Shown: positions 20,410 through 29,224 of the stretch, piece after piece
Layout of the letters: every line of letters begins with the position of its first letter
How positions within the stretch are numbered: the first letter of the stretch is position 1
The notes under the pieces: generated by a model
Database searches by the model: none
Told to the model about the DNA's origin: nothing
Seen by the model: the letters and a program-made list of their open reading frames with translations, nothing else
Position numbers and translations under genes: made by a program
From: Treponema sp.
GTDB lineage: Bacteria > Spirochaetota > Spirochaetia > Treponematales > Breznakiellaceae
Assembly: GCA_009781475.1 (NCBI GenBank)
Contig: WQYB01000001.1
Span: 4,489-68,488 of the forward strand
DNA: 64,000 bases
Direction of reading: 5' to 3'

Positions 20410-21414
20410 ATGAATTACTATATAGAAAATAGAAGTACCGACCCGTTTTATAACCTTTCACTGGAACAGATAATTTTTGATACTTTTGATAAAAACCACA
20501 GTTATTTTATGCTTTGGCAAAACCATAATTCTATAATTGTAGGCAAACATCAAAATACAATGTCAGAAATTAACAGTGCTTTTGTAAAAACACATAACAT
20601 AAATGTCGCAAGGCGGCTTTCAGGCGGCGGAGCAGTTTATCACGATATGGGAAACTTAAACTTTACATTTATTACAGATGCGGATGAAAATACTTCAATC
20701 GATTTTTCTACCTTTTGCAAACCTATTCAAGATGCGTTAGTTTCATTTGGTGTTCCAGTAGAAATAACAGGACGCAATGATATGACAATTGAAGGTAAAA
20801 AAATATCTGGAAACGCACAATATGTAAAAAAGGGCAGGGTGATGCACCACGGTACATTATTGTATGATTCCGACCTTGAAATATTATCTAAAGCATTAAA
20901 TGTTTCTGATAATAAAATCGATACAATCGAATCAAAAGGAATTAAATCAGTTAAAAGCCGTGTTACAAATATACGTTCTTTTATGAAAAATGATAAAACG
21001 CTTAATGAGTTTTGGGCTGTTTTAAAGAATTATTTTTTCGGCAGTTTTGATATGAAAGATTATATAATATCCGGTGATGAAGAAAACGAGGTACAAAAGT
21101 TAAAAGAAAAAGTTTATTCACAATGGAGCTGGAATTACGGAGCATCTCCCTCGTATAATATGCGTAAAATACGCAAGGTAGAAACTTGCGGAACCATAGA
21201 AATTCTATTGGATATTGGAAAAGAAGGAATAATTAATAATATAACATTTTACGGCGATTTTTTTGGTAATTATGATACACAGGAATTAGTTAATATTTTA
21301 ACAGGGCATCATTATGAATACAATGAAATAACGGATTTAATCAAAGAAATTGATATATCACGATATTTTTTCAACCTTGATAAAAAAACATTTCTTTCTA
21401 TATTATTTTATTAA
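20410..21414 (+). CDS. lplA: Lipoate-protein ligase A
   Basis: RRLSGGGAVYHDMGNLNF, GRND, KISGNAQ, HHGTLL. Confidence 0.93.
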   Translation: MNYYIENRSTDPFYNLSLEQIIFDTFDKNHSYFMLWQNHNSIIVGKHQNTMSEINSAFVKTHNINVARRLSGGGAVYHDMGNLNFTFITDADENTSIDFSTFCKPIQDALVSFGVPVEITGRNDMTIEGKKISGNAQYVKKGRVMHHGTLLYDSDLEILSKALNVSDNKIDTIESKGIKSVKSRVTNIRSFMKNDKTLNEFWAVLKNYFFGSFDMKDYIISGDEENEVQKLKEKVYSQWSWNYGASPSYNMRKIRKVETCGTIEILLDIGKEGIINNITFYGDFFGNYDTQELVNILTGHHYEYNEITDLIKEIDISRYFFNLDKKTFLSILFY

Positions 21415-21457
21415 AATATATGGTATATTTAACACATTAATCTTAAAGGGGTGTCTT

Positions 21458-22675
21458 ATGAAAAGATTTTATTTAATTATATTGGCTGTCATTTTTGTAT
21501 GCGGATTAATTTTTGTAAGTTCTGCCAGGGATAACAATAATAATGAAAACAACAGTACGATGCGGAATATAACTACCAGAGAACTTATTTTAGACATGGG
21601 GCTGGGAATAAATCTTGGAAATACTTTTGAAGCTACAGGCCGAAATCAGACTGAAAACATGTCAAGAACAACTTGTTGGATAGCTCCTAACATTGCTGCT
21701 CATGAAACTGCATGGGGAAGTGTAAGAATTACAAGGCAGATAATCCAAGGTTATAAAAATGCCGGGTTTAAATCCCTTAGAATTCCTGTTGCATGGTCTA
21801 ACTTAATGGATATGAATACTTATACTATTAACCCGAATTTATTAAATCGTGTTCAGGAAATTGTAGATTGGACATTAGATGCCGGAATGTACGCTGTAAT
21901 AAATCTTCATTGGGACGGAGGCTGGTTTTACAGATTCCCTGTTGAATTTGATGAATGTATGAGGCGGTATACAAGGATATGGGAACAGGTAGCCGATCGT
22001 TCTAAAAATTATTCCGATTATTTACTGTTCGAATCCCAGAATGAAGAATTAGGATGGAATATCCTTTGGGATCAGCATAGGTCTATGACTTCGGCTAATC
22101 TTACAGGAAAAACGAGAGAATACGAAATTGTAAATGCTATCAATCAAAAATTTGTTGATATTGTACGCAGTTCCGGCGGTAATAATAATAGACGTCATTT
22201 GTTAATTGCAGGTTATAACACAAACATTGACAGAACAATCGATCCGTTATTTAAAATGCCCAATGATCCGGCGAACAGAATGGCGATAAAAGTGCATTAC
22301 TACGACCCGTTCGGTTTTACGCATTTGGAAAGAGACGAACCTTGGGCAAGGGCGCTTTGGACATGGGGAACACGAGCAGAGCATAATGAGCTTAATAACG
22401 AGTTGAACAAAATGAAAATAAACTTTATTGATAAGGGTATTCCTGTTGTTATAGGCGAATACGGCATGGCAAAACAGGGTGTAACACAGCAAGAAATTAC
22501 AAATTATACACTAGCAGTAACTCAGGCGATGTTTTCCCGCGGTATGCTGCCAATGCTTTGGTGTGTTCAATTGCAGCCAAATCAACTTAATTTTTATTAT
22601 AACCGCCGTGTCCCCGGTATGACAGATCCTAATCTTGAAACCGGGATGAAAGCCATTGCCGCTTCGCGTCGATAA
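21458..22675 (+). CDS. Secreted GH5 endoglucanase (GH5_4-like)
   Basis: Signal peptide; GINLGNTFE, RIPVAW, INLHWD, FESQNEE (acid/base), HYYDP, IGEYG (nucleophile). Confidence 0.9.
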   Translation: MKRFYLIILAVIFVCGLIFVSSARDNNNNENNSTMRNITTRELILDMGLGINLGNTFEATGRNQTENMSRTTCWIAPNIAAHETAWGSVRITRQIIQGYKNAGFKSLRIPVAWSNLMDMNTYTINPNLLNRVQEIVDWTLDAGMYAVINLHWDGGWFYRFPVEFDECMRRYTRIWEQVADRSKNYSDYLLFESQNEELGWNILWDQHRSMTSANLTGKTREYEIVNAINQKFVDIVRSSGGNNNRRHLLIAGYNTNIDRTIDPLFKMPNDPANRMAIKVHYYDPFGFTHLERDEPWARALWTWGTRAEHNELNNELNKMKINFIDKGIPVVIGEYGMAKQGVTQQEITNYTLAVTQAMFSRGMLPMLWCVQLQPNQLNFYYNRRVPGMTDPNLETGMKAIAASRR

Positions 22676-23489
22676 AATAGATTATATCCTTTTTTACATT
22701 TGCAAATTCAAAAGGCAGCGAAAACAAAAACGCTGTAATGCAAAAGTAAACATAATAGGGAATTACAAGCCATATTATAGGCCAATAAAATACTTGACCT
22801 GCTTTAACACCAAAAGGAATTATTGTAAATATTTTTGGAGTTAAAGCAAGGAATAAATCACTTAAAAACTTAACATCAGGTAATGGTCCGAATATCAAGG
22901 AACTGTTGCGTATTTCATTACTAAATAAAAAACTTATAGGAACAAAATCCAAACCAATAAGTATTACTTCATTTAAAAGTATTATTAATAAAACTAAATA
23001 TGAAATAAACGGAACTTTAATAATTCGTTTATAATCGATTGTATGCAGTTTTAATAAAACCATAAGCAGAGGAACTACCCATATAATAATATGACAATAA
23101 TAAAACCGGAATGTTTCAAAAGAAAAGGCGTTAAAATCTATTACATCAATAGGTATAATTGTTGCGGCAAAACCGCTAATTACACCCATAAAAAACATAT
23201 AATCTTTTAAAATATTGTTTTTCGAAATAAATAACCAGGGGAAAATTAAAACACTTACCGCGCATAAATTTTCCGGCGTTACTGTCCTTATGGCATTTGG
23301 CATCCAGCTGCGGTAAGGTTCAAAATGCAATTTTAAAAAATGAAGAATAAAACTTGAAAGAAGGATAATAAACAAGACAATAGAAGCAGTTTTTTTACTT
23401 CTGTTACGCAATATAAAATAAAACCCAAATAAAAGCCCAAAAGCGATTGCGATATACAGAAAATAATAAAAGTTAAAATACTTTACCAT
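22629..23489 (-). CDS. Integral membrane protein (YwaF/TMEM164-like)
   Basis: Multiple TM segments, PENLCAV, FYYCH; 3' end overlaps the convergent GH5. Confidence 0.6.
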   Translation of the reverse strand: MVKYFNFYYFLYIAIAFGLLFGFYFILRNRSKKTASIVLFIILLSSFILHFLKLHFEPYRSWMPNAIRTVTPENLCAVSVLIFPWLFISKNNILKDYMFFMGVISGFAATIIPIDVIDFNAFSFETFRFYYCHIIIWVVPLLMVLLKLHTIDYKRIIKVPFISYLVLLIILLNEVILIGLDFVPISFLFSNEIRNSSLIFGPLPDVKFLSDLFLALTPKIFTIIPFGVKAGQVFYWPIIWLVIPYYVYFCITAFLFSLPFEFANVKKDIIYFIDAKRQWLSSRFQD

Positions 23490-23589
23490 ATATTGAATAC
23501 ATAAATAACATTCAATAAAAAGTCAAGTCGTTAATAATAAAATAATATGTATTGATTAATAAAAAAAATTAAGATATTATTAATATAAC

Positions 23590-24402
23590 ATGATTCAAAT
23601 TATAGTTTTCAGCGCTATTGCAGGTATTTGCGGGATGGGGTTGGGCGGAATTATTTCTGCTGTTTTACTCAAACGTCCGTCAGAAAACATGATTTGCCGG
23701 CTTTTGTCATTTGCAGCAGGTGTAATGATAAGTATTGTATGTTTTGGTTTAGTACCTGAATCATTTTTACTTTTGCAGGATTTTGGTATTTTAGGTATAA
23801 TTATTTTACTGTTTGGTCTTATTTTAGGCGCTATTATCATAATGGGGTTAAATTATCTTGTTGATAAAATAAATAAGTTAAAAGATGACGATTTAAAAAT
23901 GCATCATACGCACGAACAGCTTTACCATGAAAGCCAATTAATAAATAATCCTTCAAGAATGCTGCGTTCCGGATTATTAATGCTTATAGCTATTGCACTT
24001 CACAATGTTCCTGAAGGAATTGCAATTGGCGCTGGAGGCAGTTTCAACTTTAAATTAGGAGCTCTTTTAGCAATTATGATAGCAGTACACAATATACCGG
24101 AAGGAATGGCAATTGCGGCTCCTTTACTGGCAGGCGGTATAAATAAATATAAAGTAATATTTTTAACTTCATTGGCAGGTGCGACTACATTATTAGGCGG
24201 TTTTATAGGTATATTGATAGGAGGTATTTCAAATTTGGCAGTTGCTTTATCTCTTTCATTAGCCGGAGGAGCGATGCTTTACATCGTTTTTGGTGAAATA
24301 TTACCTCAATCCATAATAATGACAAAAAACAGAACAACCTCAATAGTCACATTATTTGGTATTATTGTTGGGTTAATAGTAACAAAAATTCAAGGATTTT
24401 AA
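23590..24402 (+). CDS. ZIP family metal transporter (ZupT/GufA-like)
   Basis: LHNVPEG, VHNIPEG, His-rich loop. Confidence 0.92.
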   Translation: MIQIIVFSAIAGICGMGLGGIISAVLLKRPSENMICRLLSFAAGVMISIVCFGLVPESFLLLQDFGILGIIILLFGLILGAIIIMGLNYLVDKINKLKDDDLKMHHTHEQLYHESQLINNPSRMLRSGLLMLIAIALHNVPEGIAIGAGGSFNFKLGALLAIMIAVHNIPEGMAIAAPLLAGGINKYKVIFLTSLAGATTLLGGFIGILIGGISNLAVALSLSLAGGAMLYIVFGEILPQSIIMTKNRTTSIVTLFGIIVGLIVTKIQGF

Positions 24403-24487
24403 GAATTTGAGTTTATATTTTATATTTTCCTTGTTTTAAATATGAAAACACCTCATACTTATAGTATCAATTAAAGGAGTAGACTTC

Positions 24488-25831
24488 ATGCCGACTTCTG
24501 ATTGCCTGACTGCTTTAGAGGAGTCAGGCGAAAAATCTCTTGCGTATAAAATCCCGGTGGATTATTATATATTATTTGGTATTTGTATCCTTTTTATTAT
24601 TGCAGCATTTATTTTTGATTCACCCGCAAAGATAATTGACGGGTATATAATAATTCATACTTCAAGAAGTGTTCTGATAACCGATTATATTGAGCTGGCT
24701 GGTATAGGAGCTGCGCTTATTAATTCGGCTATTCTTGTTATTTTTAATCTATTTATATTAATAATAAATAAGCGTGATCCTAATGGTAAAATAATCGCCG
24801 CACTTTTTTTGACTATCGGTTTTTCTTTATTCGGTAAAAATATGTTAAATACAATTCCAATAATGGCGGGTGTTTGGCTTTATGGAAGAGTATCCGGAAA
24901 AAAGTTTTCAGAAATGGTTGTTTTTGCGATGGTCAGCACGACGATTGCGCCAATTGTAAGCGAAGTTGCTTTTTTAAATGAAAGTTTTAGTTTTCCCATG
25001 TTTTTTGCAGCTTATGGTATCGGGATATTTGTTGGTTTTATTTTTCCGGTAATTGCAGACTATGTACAGGGAATGCATAACTATTATTGTCTTTATAACG
25101 GCGGAATAGCAGGTGGTTTTATTGCTACAATGTTTGCCGGTTTTTTAAAAAGTGTCGGAGTGGATATTATTCCAATGAATTTATGGGATACAGAACATAC
25201 AACAAAACTTGCGATTATCGCTTATGTTATCGCAGCCGCGTTAATTCTTTACGGGCTTATTACAGAAAGGTTTAAAACTGCTGTTAAAAAATATATAGAA
25301 CTTTTAAAAGAACATGATCCTTATGATAACGATTATCTGGTTAAGTATCATAATACATGTTATATAAATATCGGAATAATGTGTATAGTATCAACTACTG
25401 TTATGCTTCTTTTGGGTAAGGCAATTAACGGACCGGTTTTGGGCGGTATTTTTACTGTTTCAGGGTTTGCCGCATGCGGTAAACATTTAAGAAATGCAAT
25501 TCCGATTATTATAGGAAGTATTATCGCTGTATATTTAAATCATCTTAAGTTTGATGAGTCTGTAAATACACTTGCTATTTTATTTTCTACAGGTATGGCT
25601 CCTATCGCAGGGAAATACGGATGGCATTGGGGAATAATAACAGGTTTTTTGCATGTATCAGTAGCTGTATTTATTGGAGATATAAACGGCGGATTAAATT
25701 TATACAATAATGGATTTGCAGGCAGTTTTATTTCTGTTTTAATTCTGCCTATAATCATTGTTTTTAAAACCTTATATACAAAATTAAAAACAAAAATTAT
25801 TAAAAATAATATTTATAAAGGAAAAATTTAG
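24488..25831 (+). CDS. DUF1576-like polytopic membrane protein
   Basis: GFSLFGKN, LYNGG, NGPVLGGIFT, GKHLRN, GGLNLYNNGF internal repeat motifs. Confidence 0.7.
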   Translation: MPTSDCLTALEESGEKSLAYKIPVDYYILFGICILFIIAAFIFDSPAKIIDGYIIIHTSRSVLITDYIELAGIGAALINSAILVIFNLFILIINKRDPNGKIIAALFLTIGFSLFGKNMLNTIPIMAGVWLYGRVSGKKFSEMVVFAMVSTTIAPIVSEVAFLNESFSFPMFFAAYGIGIFVGFIFPVIADYVQGMHNYYCLYNGGIAGGFIATMFAGFLKSVGVDIIPMNLWDTEHTTKLAIIAYVIAAALILYGLITERFKTAVKKYIELLKEHDPYDNDYLVKYHNTCYINIGIMCIVSTTVMLLLGKAINGPVLGGIFTVSGFAACGKHLRNAIPIIIGSIIAVYLNHLKFDESVNTLAILFSTGMAPIAGKYGWHWGIITGFLHVSVAVFIGDINGGLNLYNNGFAGSFISVLILPIIIVFKTLYTKLKTKIIKNNIYKGKI

Positions 25832-25845
25832 CAAAAAACTTGTTT

Positions 25846-26658
25846 TTAAAATACAAGGCGGCTTACAAACTGATCAAAAATAATTAAAATACCAAGCACT
25901 CCTGTGTAAATTGCAAAACCGTAAAGTGATTTTTCTTTTATTATTTTTATCATGAACTTTACTGCGAAAAATCCAACAACTGCGGCTGTTAATGTACCTG
26001 CAATAACCGCAATAGCTGATATGCTGTAAGAGGTTTGCTCGCTTCCTTTAAAAAGATCTCTTGAATGAAGGACAACCGCGCCCAATATTATAGGAATCGA
26101 AAGTAAAAATGAAAAACGTGCTGCAAAATCACGGTCTAGTTTTCTGAAAAGCGCGCCGCTTATGGTTGCACCTGATCGTGATATGCCGGGTAAAATTGCT
26201 ATTGCCTGCATGATACCAATAAAAAGTCCGTCGTACCATTTCATGTCTTCGCTTTTTTTTAAGTTATTTTCTTCTCTTGCTTTTTTTGATAAAAGCTCGG
26301 CGGCAACCAATAAAACAGTTGTTACAAGAAAACAAATACCTAAAAACTTTGCAGAATTAAAAATATCTTCGATTGTTTTATTAAAAGCCAAACCTGCAAT
26401 TACGGCTGGTATTGTTGCGATAATTAAAAATAATGTTAATTTTTGAAAAGGTTTTTTTAATAATTCCCAAATATCTTTCCATAAAACTGCAAAAACTGCA
26501 AGCAGAGTTCCTGCATGAAGCATTGTGTCAAAAAATAACGATGGCTCATTTATATCAAATATTTTTTGTAACAGTACAAGATGTCCTGAACTGCTGACAG
26601 GAAGAAATTCAGTTAACCCTTGAACAACACCCAATATTATTGCTTCAAAAATACTCAC
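25846..26658 (-). CDS. uppP: Undecaprenyl-diphosphate phosphatase
   Basis: QGLTEFLPVSSSGHL, PGISRSGATI, ARFSFLLSIP; GTG start. Confidence 0.95.
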   Translation of the reverse strand: MSIFEAIILGVVQGLTEFLPVSSSGHLVLLQKIFDINEPSLFFDTMLHAGTLLAVFAVLWKDIWELLKKPFQKLTLFLIIATIPAVIAGLAFNKTIEDIFNSAKFLGICFLVTTVLLVAAELLSKKAREENNLKKSEDMKWYDGLFIGIMQAIAILPGISRSGATISGALFRKLDRDFAARFSFLLSIPIILGAVVLHSRDLFKGSEQTSYSISAIAVIAGTLTAAVVGFFAVKFMIKIIKEKSLYGFAIYTGVLGILIIFDQFVSRLVF

Positions 26659-26677
26659 AAAAATCTCCTAATTATTT

Positions 26678-26758
26678 ACCACGGAGTACACGGAGTTTCA
26701 CGGAGGAATAAAGAGTTTTCGTACTAAACCCTCCGTGTTCCTCCGTGTCCTCTGTGGT
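26678..26758. repeat. 81-bp intergenic palindromic element (copy A)
   Basis: ACCACGGAGTACACGGAGTTTCACGGAGG-loop-CCTCCGTGTTCCTCCGTGTCCTCTGTGGT. Confidence 0.9.
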
Positions 26759-26769
26759 TTATTATTTTT

Positions 26770-27876
26770 TTAGTGCGGTAAAATCATTGCGTGTACTATT
26801 ATACCTCTTTCTTCTACTGCTGTGTCAACCATAGCTTTTGTAATTCTGCCTCTTGGTCTTGGGTGCGGCGGCGCGTCTCCTATTAAAATCATGATCCTTG
26901 AATCCGCTTCCCATGTAAATTTTGTAGCTCCGTCATATAAGGCTTCGTAAACAGCTTCCGGTATGTCGCCTCCGCCTCCGACGCGAATAGCGTTAAGCGC
27001 TCTTTGAAAAGCGGTAAAATCATTTGTAAAAGGAGTAACCCTTGTAAGATAAGCTTCGCGATAATCCTTGTATTGAACCAAACCAATTCTAAATGTTGGA
27101 AATTCATTTAACATTTCCTGCAGCATTGGGACAAGAGCCGTACGAACAGGATCGATATATTTTCTCATGCTATTGGTAGTATCAAGACAAATCACTAAAT
27201 CGAGAGTTTTACCTTTTTCTTTTTCCAAAACATCTTTAATCAACTTCACAACATCATCAGGAGTTTGCGAAAAAATTAAATCGCCGCCTCCTAATTTTGC
27301 AATTTCAGTAAATGCTTCAAGAGTTTCAGACATATATATACCAACCGGCGGACCTGGCGGAGGTTCCTGTCTTGCTTCTAAAATAAAAGGGTTGTCTCTG
27401 AAAACACCGCGGTAATCGGCATAAGGAAGTGTAAATGTCCGGATATTTAAATATGTACCATCAGATAAATAAACTTCGCCGTGCCTGCCTCCTTCATAGC
27501 CGTAATATAAAATGTAGGGTAGATATATATGAAATGCTTCTCCAAGTACCGGATGGTTTACAACAGTAGAAGATATAAGTGAGTAAATACGGCTTTCGCT
27601 CGGAATGGGAACACCGTTTAATATACGTATTTCATCGCCGTTAATAGAGTTCCATTCACCGGCGCGGTATGCGTAATTATCCGATTGCATATTCGGATCT
27701 CTTGTAGTTTCGGTCAATAAAACAGAAGATATATCAGGTTTTTTTCTTATAAACAGGTGAAAACCGCCATCAGGACGCAGCTCCAAAAGTAAATCGCCGG
27801 AAGTAAGGCTCAAATCTTGCGCAAAAAGGGCTCCAAAACCTGCAAAAATGAGCATAAATAACCAGCATTTCTTCAT
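26770..27876 (-). CDS. Exported vWA-domain protein
   Basis: Signal peptide; MIDAS-like LDTTNSM, GGGDIPEAVYEAL, IGDAPPH. Confidence 0.85.
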   Translation of the reverse strand: MKKCWLFMLIFAGFGALFAQDLSLTSGDLLLELRPDGGFHLFIRKKPDISSVLLTETTRDPNMQSDNYAYRAGEWNSINGDEIRILNGVPIPSESRIYSLISSTVVNHPVLGEAFHIYLPYILYYGYEGGRHGEVYLSDGTYLNIRTFTLPYADYRGVFRDNPFILEARQEPPPGPPVGIYMSETLEAFTEIAKLGGGDLIFSQTPDDVVKLIKDVLEKEKGKTLDLVICLDTTNSMRKYIDPVRTALVPMLQEMLNEFPTFRIGLVQYKDYREAYLTRVTPFTNDFTAFQRALNAIRVGGGGDIPEAVYEALYDGATKFTWEADSRIMILIGDAPPHPRPRGRITKAMVDTAVEERGIIVHAMILPH

Positions 27877-27933
27877 GTTTTATTATCGGAAAATTGACTT
27901 GATTTAACAAATATTTTGTATTATTTTATTTGT

Positions 27934-28902
27934 ATGAAGAAATATTTATTAAATATTTTTATTATTATGCAAATAATATTTTTTAGTTGTCTAAAACAGG
28001 AAAATAGTAACTTGCATATTGATGAAATAATTATTGAATATTCTGATTTTTTTGTCAAATTATGTTTACCATTTAATAAACCTAAAAATATAACAACAGT
28101 GTTTAGTTCGGCGTTTGATGGCCTAATAATTGATGAAATAATAGTTGATAATAAAAAAATCGAATCGAACGAAGATATTACAGCTCATTTTGAATCTAGA
28201 AACTCTCGAATAGAATCATTAGAAAAAAATAATATAATAGAAATGTTATGGGAAGTTAGACAAGACTGGGGATCAATGTATGATGAAAATTTAAGTAATG
28301 GAATATTTTTTACCTATTTTAATAATCAAGATTCTGATTATTTAAGGTCAGTAACGAAAGCGCAATTATATAATATTCCATACGGCAGTAAAAAAATTAA
28401 AATAAAATATAAGGTTTATTATCCGAATAGAGTTATTGGAGATGAAATTTATATTAAAGTATTTAATTTGATATGGCCTGATATTAGACTAGCAGATGAT
28501 TATGGAAATATTAAAACGCCTGTTGAATATATAAATTTAGGGTTAATAAAACCGGATAATTATATTTCAATTGACCTGCCTTTTACCCGGCATTTAGATA
28601 ATTTATATATTAATGAAAGATCTTTATTAATATATGAATTAATTGGTGATGGAAAAGTTATTAATCATGATGAACTAAATGAAAATATCAGTATTTTAGC
28701 AAAAAATGAAACTTTAAAAAAAGGAATAGATTCAATTAAAATGATTTGGCATAAACATAACAATGAAGATAATTATTTAATTTTACATGGAACTAAAGAA
28801 ATATATATGACATATTCTATTATATTTTTTATGAATGTTGAAGGATTAAGTTCTATTATTTTTAATGATAGAATATGTGTAAAGTGGGAAATAGATTGGT
28901 AA
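27934..28902 (+). CDS. Hypothetical lipoprotein with internal two-domain duplication
   Basis: MKK...IIFFSC lipobox; very AT-rich; motifs repeated between the two halves. Confidence 0.7.
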   Translation: MKKYLLNIFIIMQIIFFSCLKQENSNLHIDEIIIEYSDFFVKLCLPFNKPKNITTVFSSAFDGLIIDEIIVDNKKIESNEDITAHFESRNSRIESLEKNNIIEMLWEVRQDWGSMYDENLSNGIFFTYFNNQDSDYLRSVTKAQLYNIPYGSKKIKIKYKVYYPNRVIGDEIYIKVFNLIWPDIRLADDYGNIKTPVEYINLGLIKPDNYISIDLPFTRHLDNLYINERSLLIYELIGDGKVINHDELNENISILAKNETLKKGIDSIKMIWHKHNNEDNYLILHGTKEIYMTYSIIFFMNVEGLSSIIFNDRICVKWEIDW

Positions 28903-28938
28903 AACTAAACATGATTATCTCATGACAAAAGTTTCTGT

Positions 28939-29169
28939 TTAAATTGCATAGTCGTATGTACCAAAAATAATTAATAAAATTAAATTATATGATAAATCAT
29001 TTTCAATATAAACATTCAATAAAAAAAGAAAAACGGCAGAAATGATAAAAAAGAAGATATGAAACCACCAATATTCAGCTCTGTTTACCCTTCCATTAAA
29101 TCCACTATAATTTATATATGCGTTAATAAAGTGCAACCAGGGATTTTTCTTTTTTATTGATTCTGTCAT
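28939..29169 (-). pseudogene. Truncated DUF805 (YhaH-like) membrane protein
   Basis: NYSGFNGRVNRAEYWWF N-terminal motif present; stops before the family's RRLHD motif. Confidence 0.65.
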
Positions 29170-29224
29170 AATATCGTCTCTGTTAAATATTAATCTATTA
29201 TAAATGTTTCGTTTATGTCAAGTA

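Noticed and set aside
22629-22675. 47-bp convergent overlap of GH5 and the membrane-protein gene
   Set aside because: Common consequence of stop-codon drift; no further signal.
27877-27910. sigma28-like CCGATAA upstream of the vWA gene (also GCCGATAC near 36735)
   Set aside because: No TAAA -35 element at the canonical spacing.
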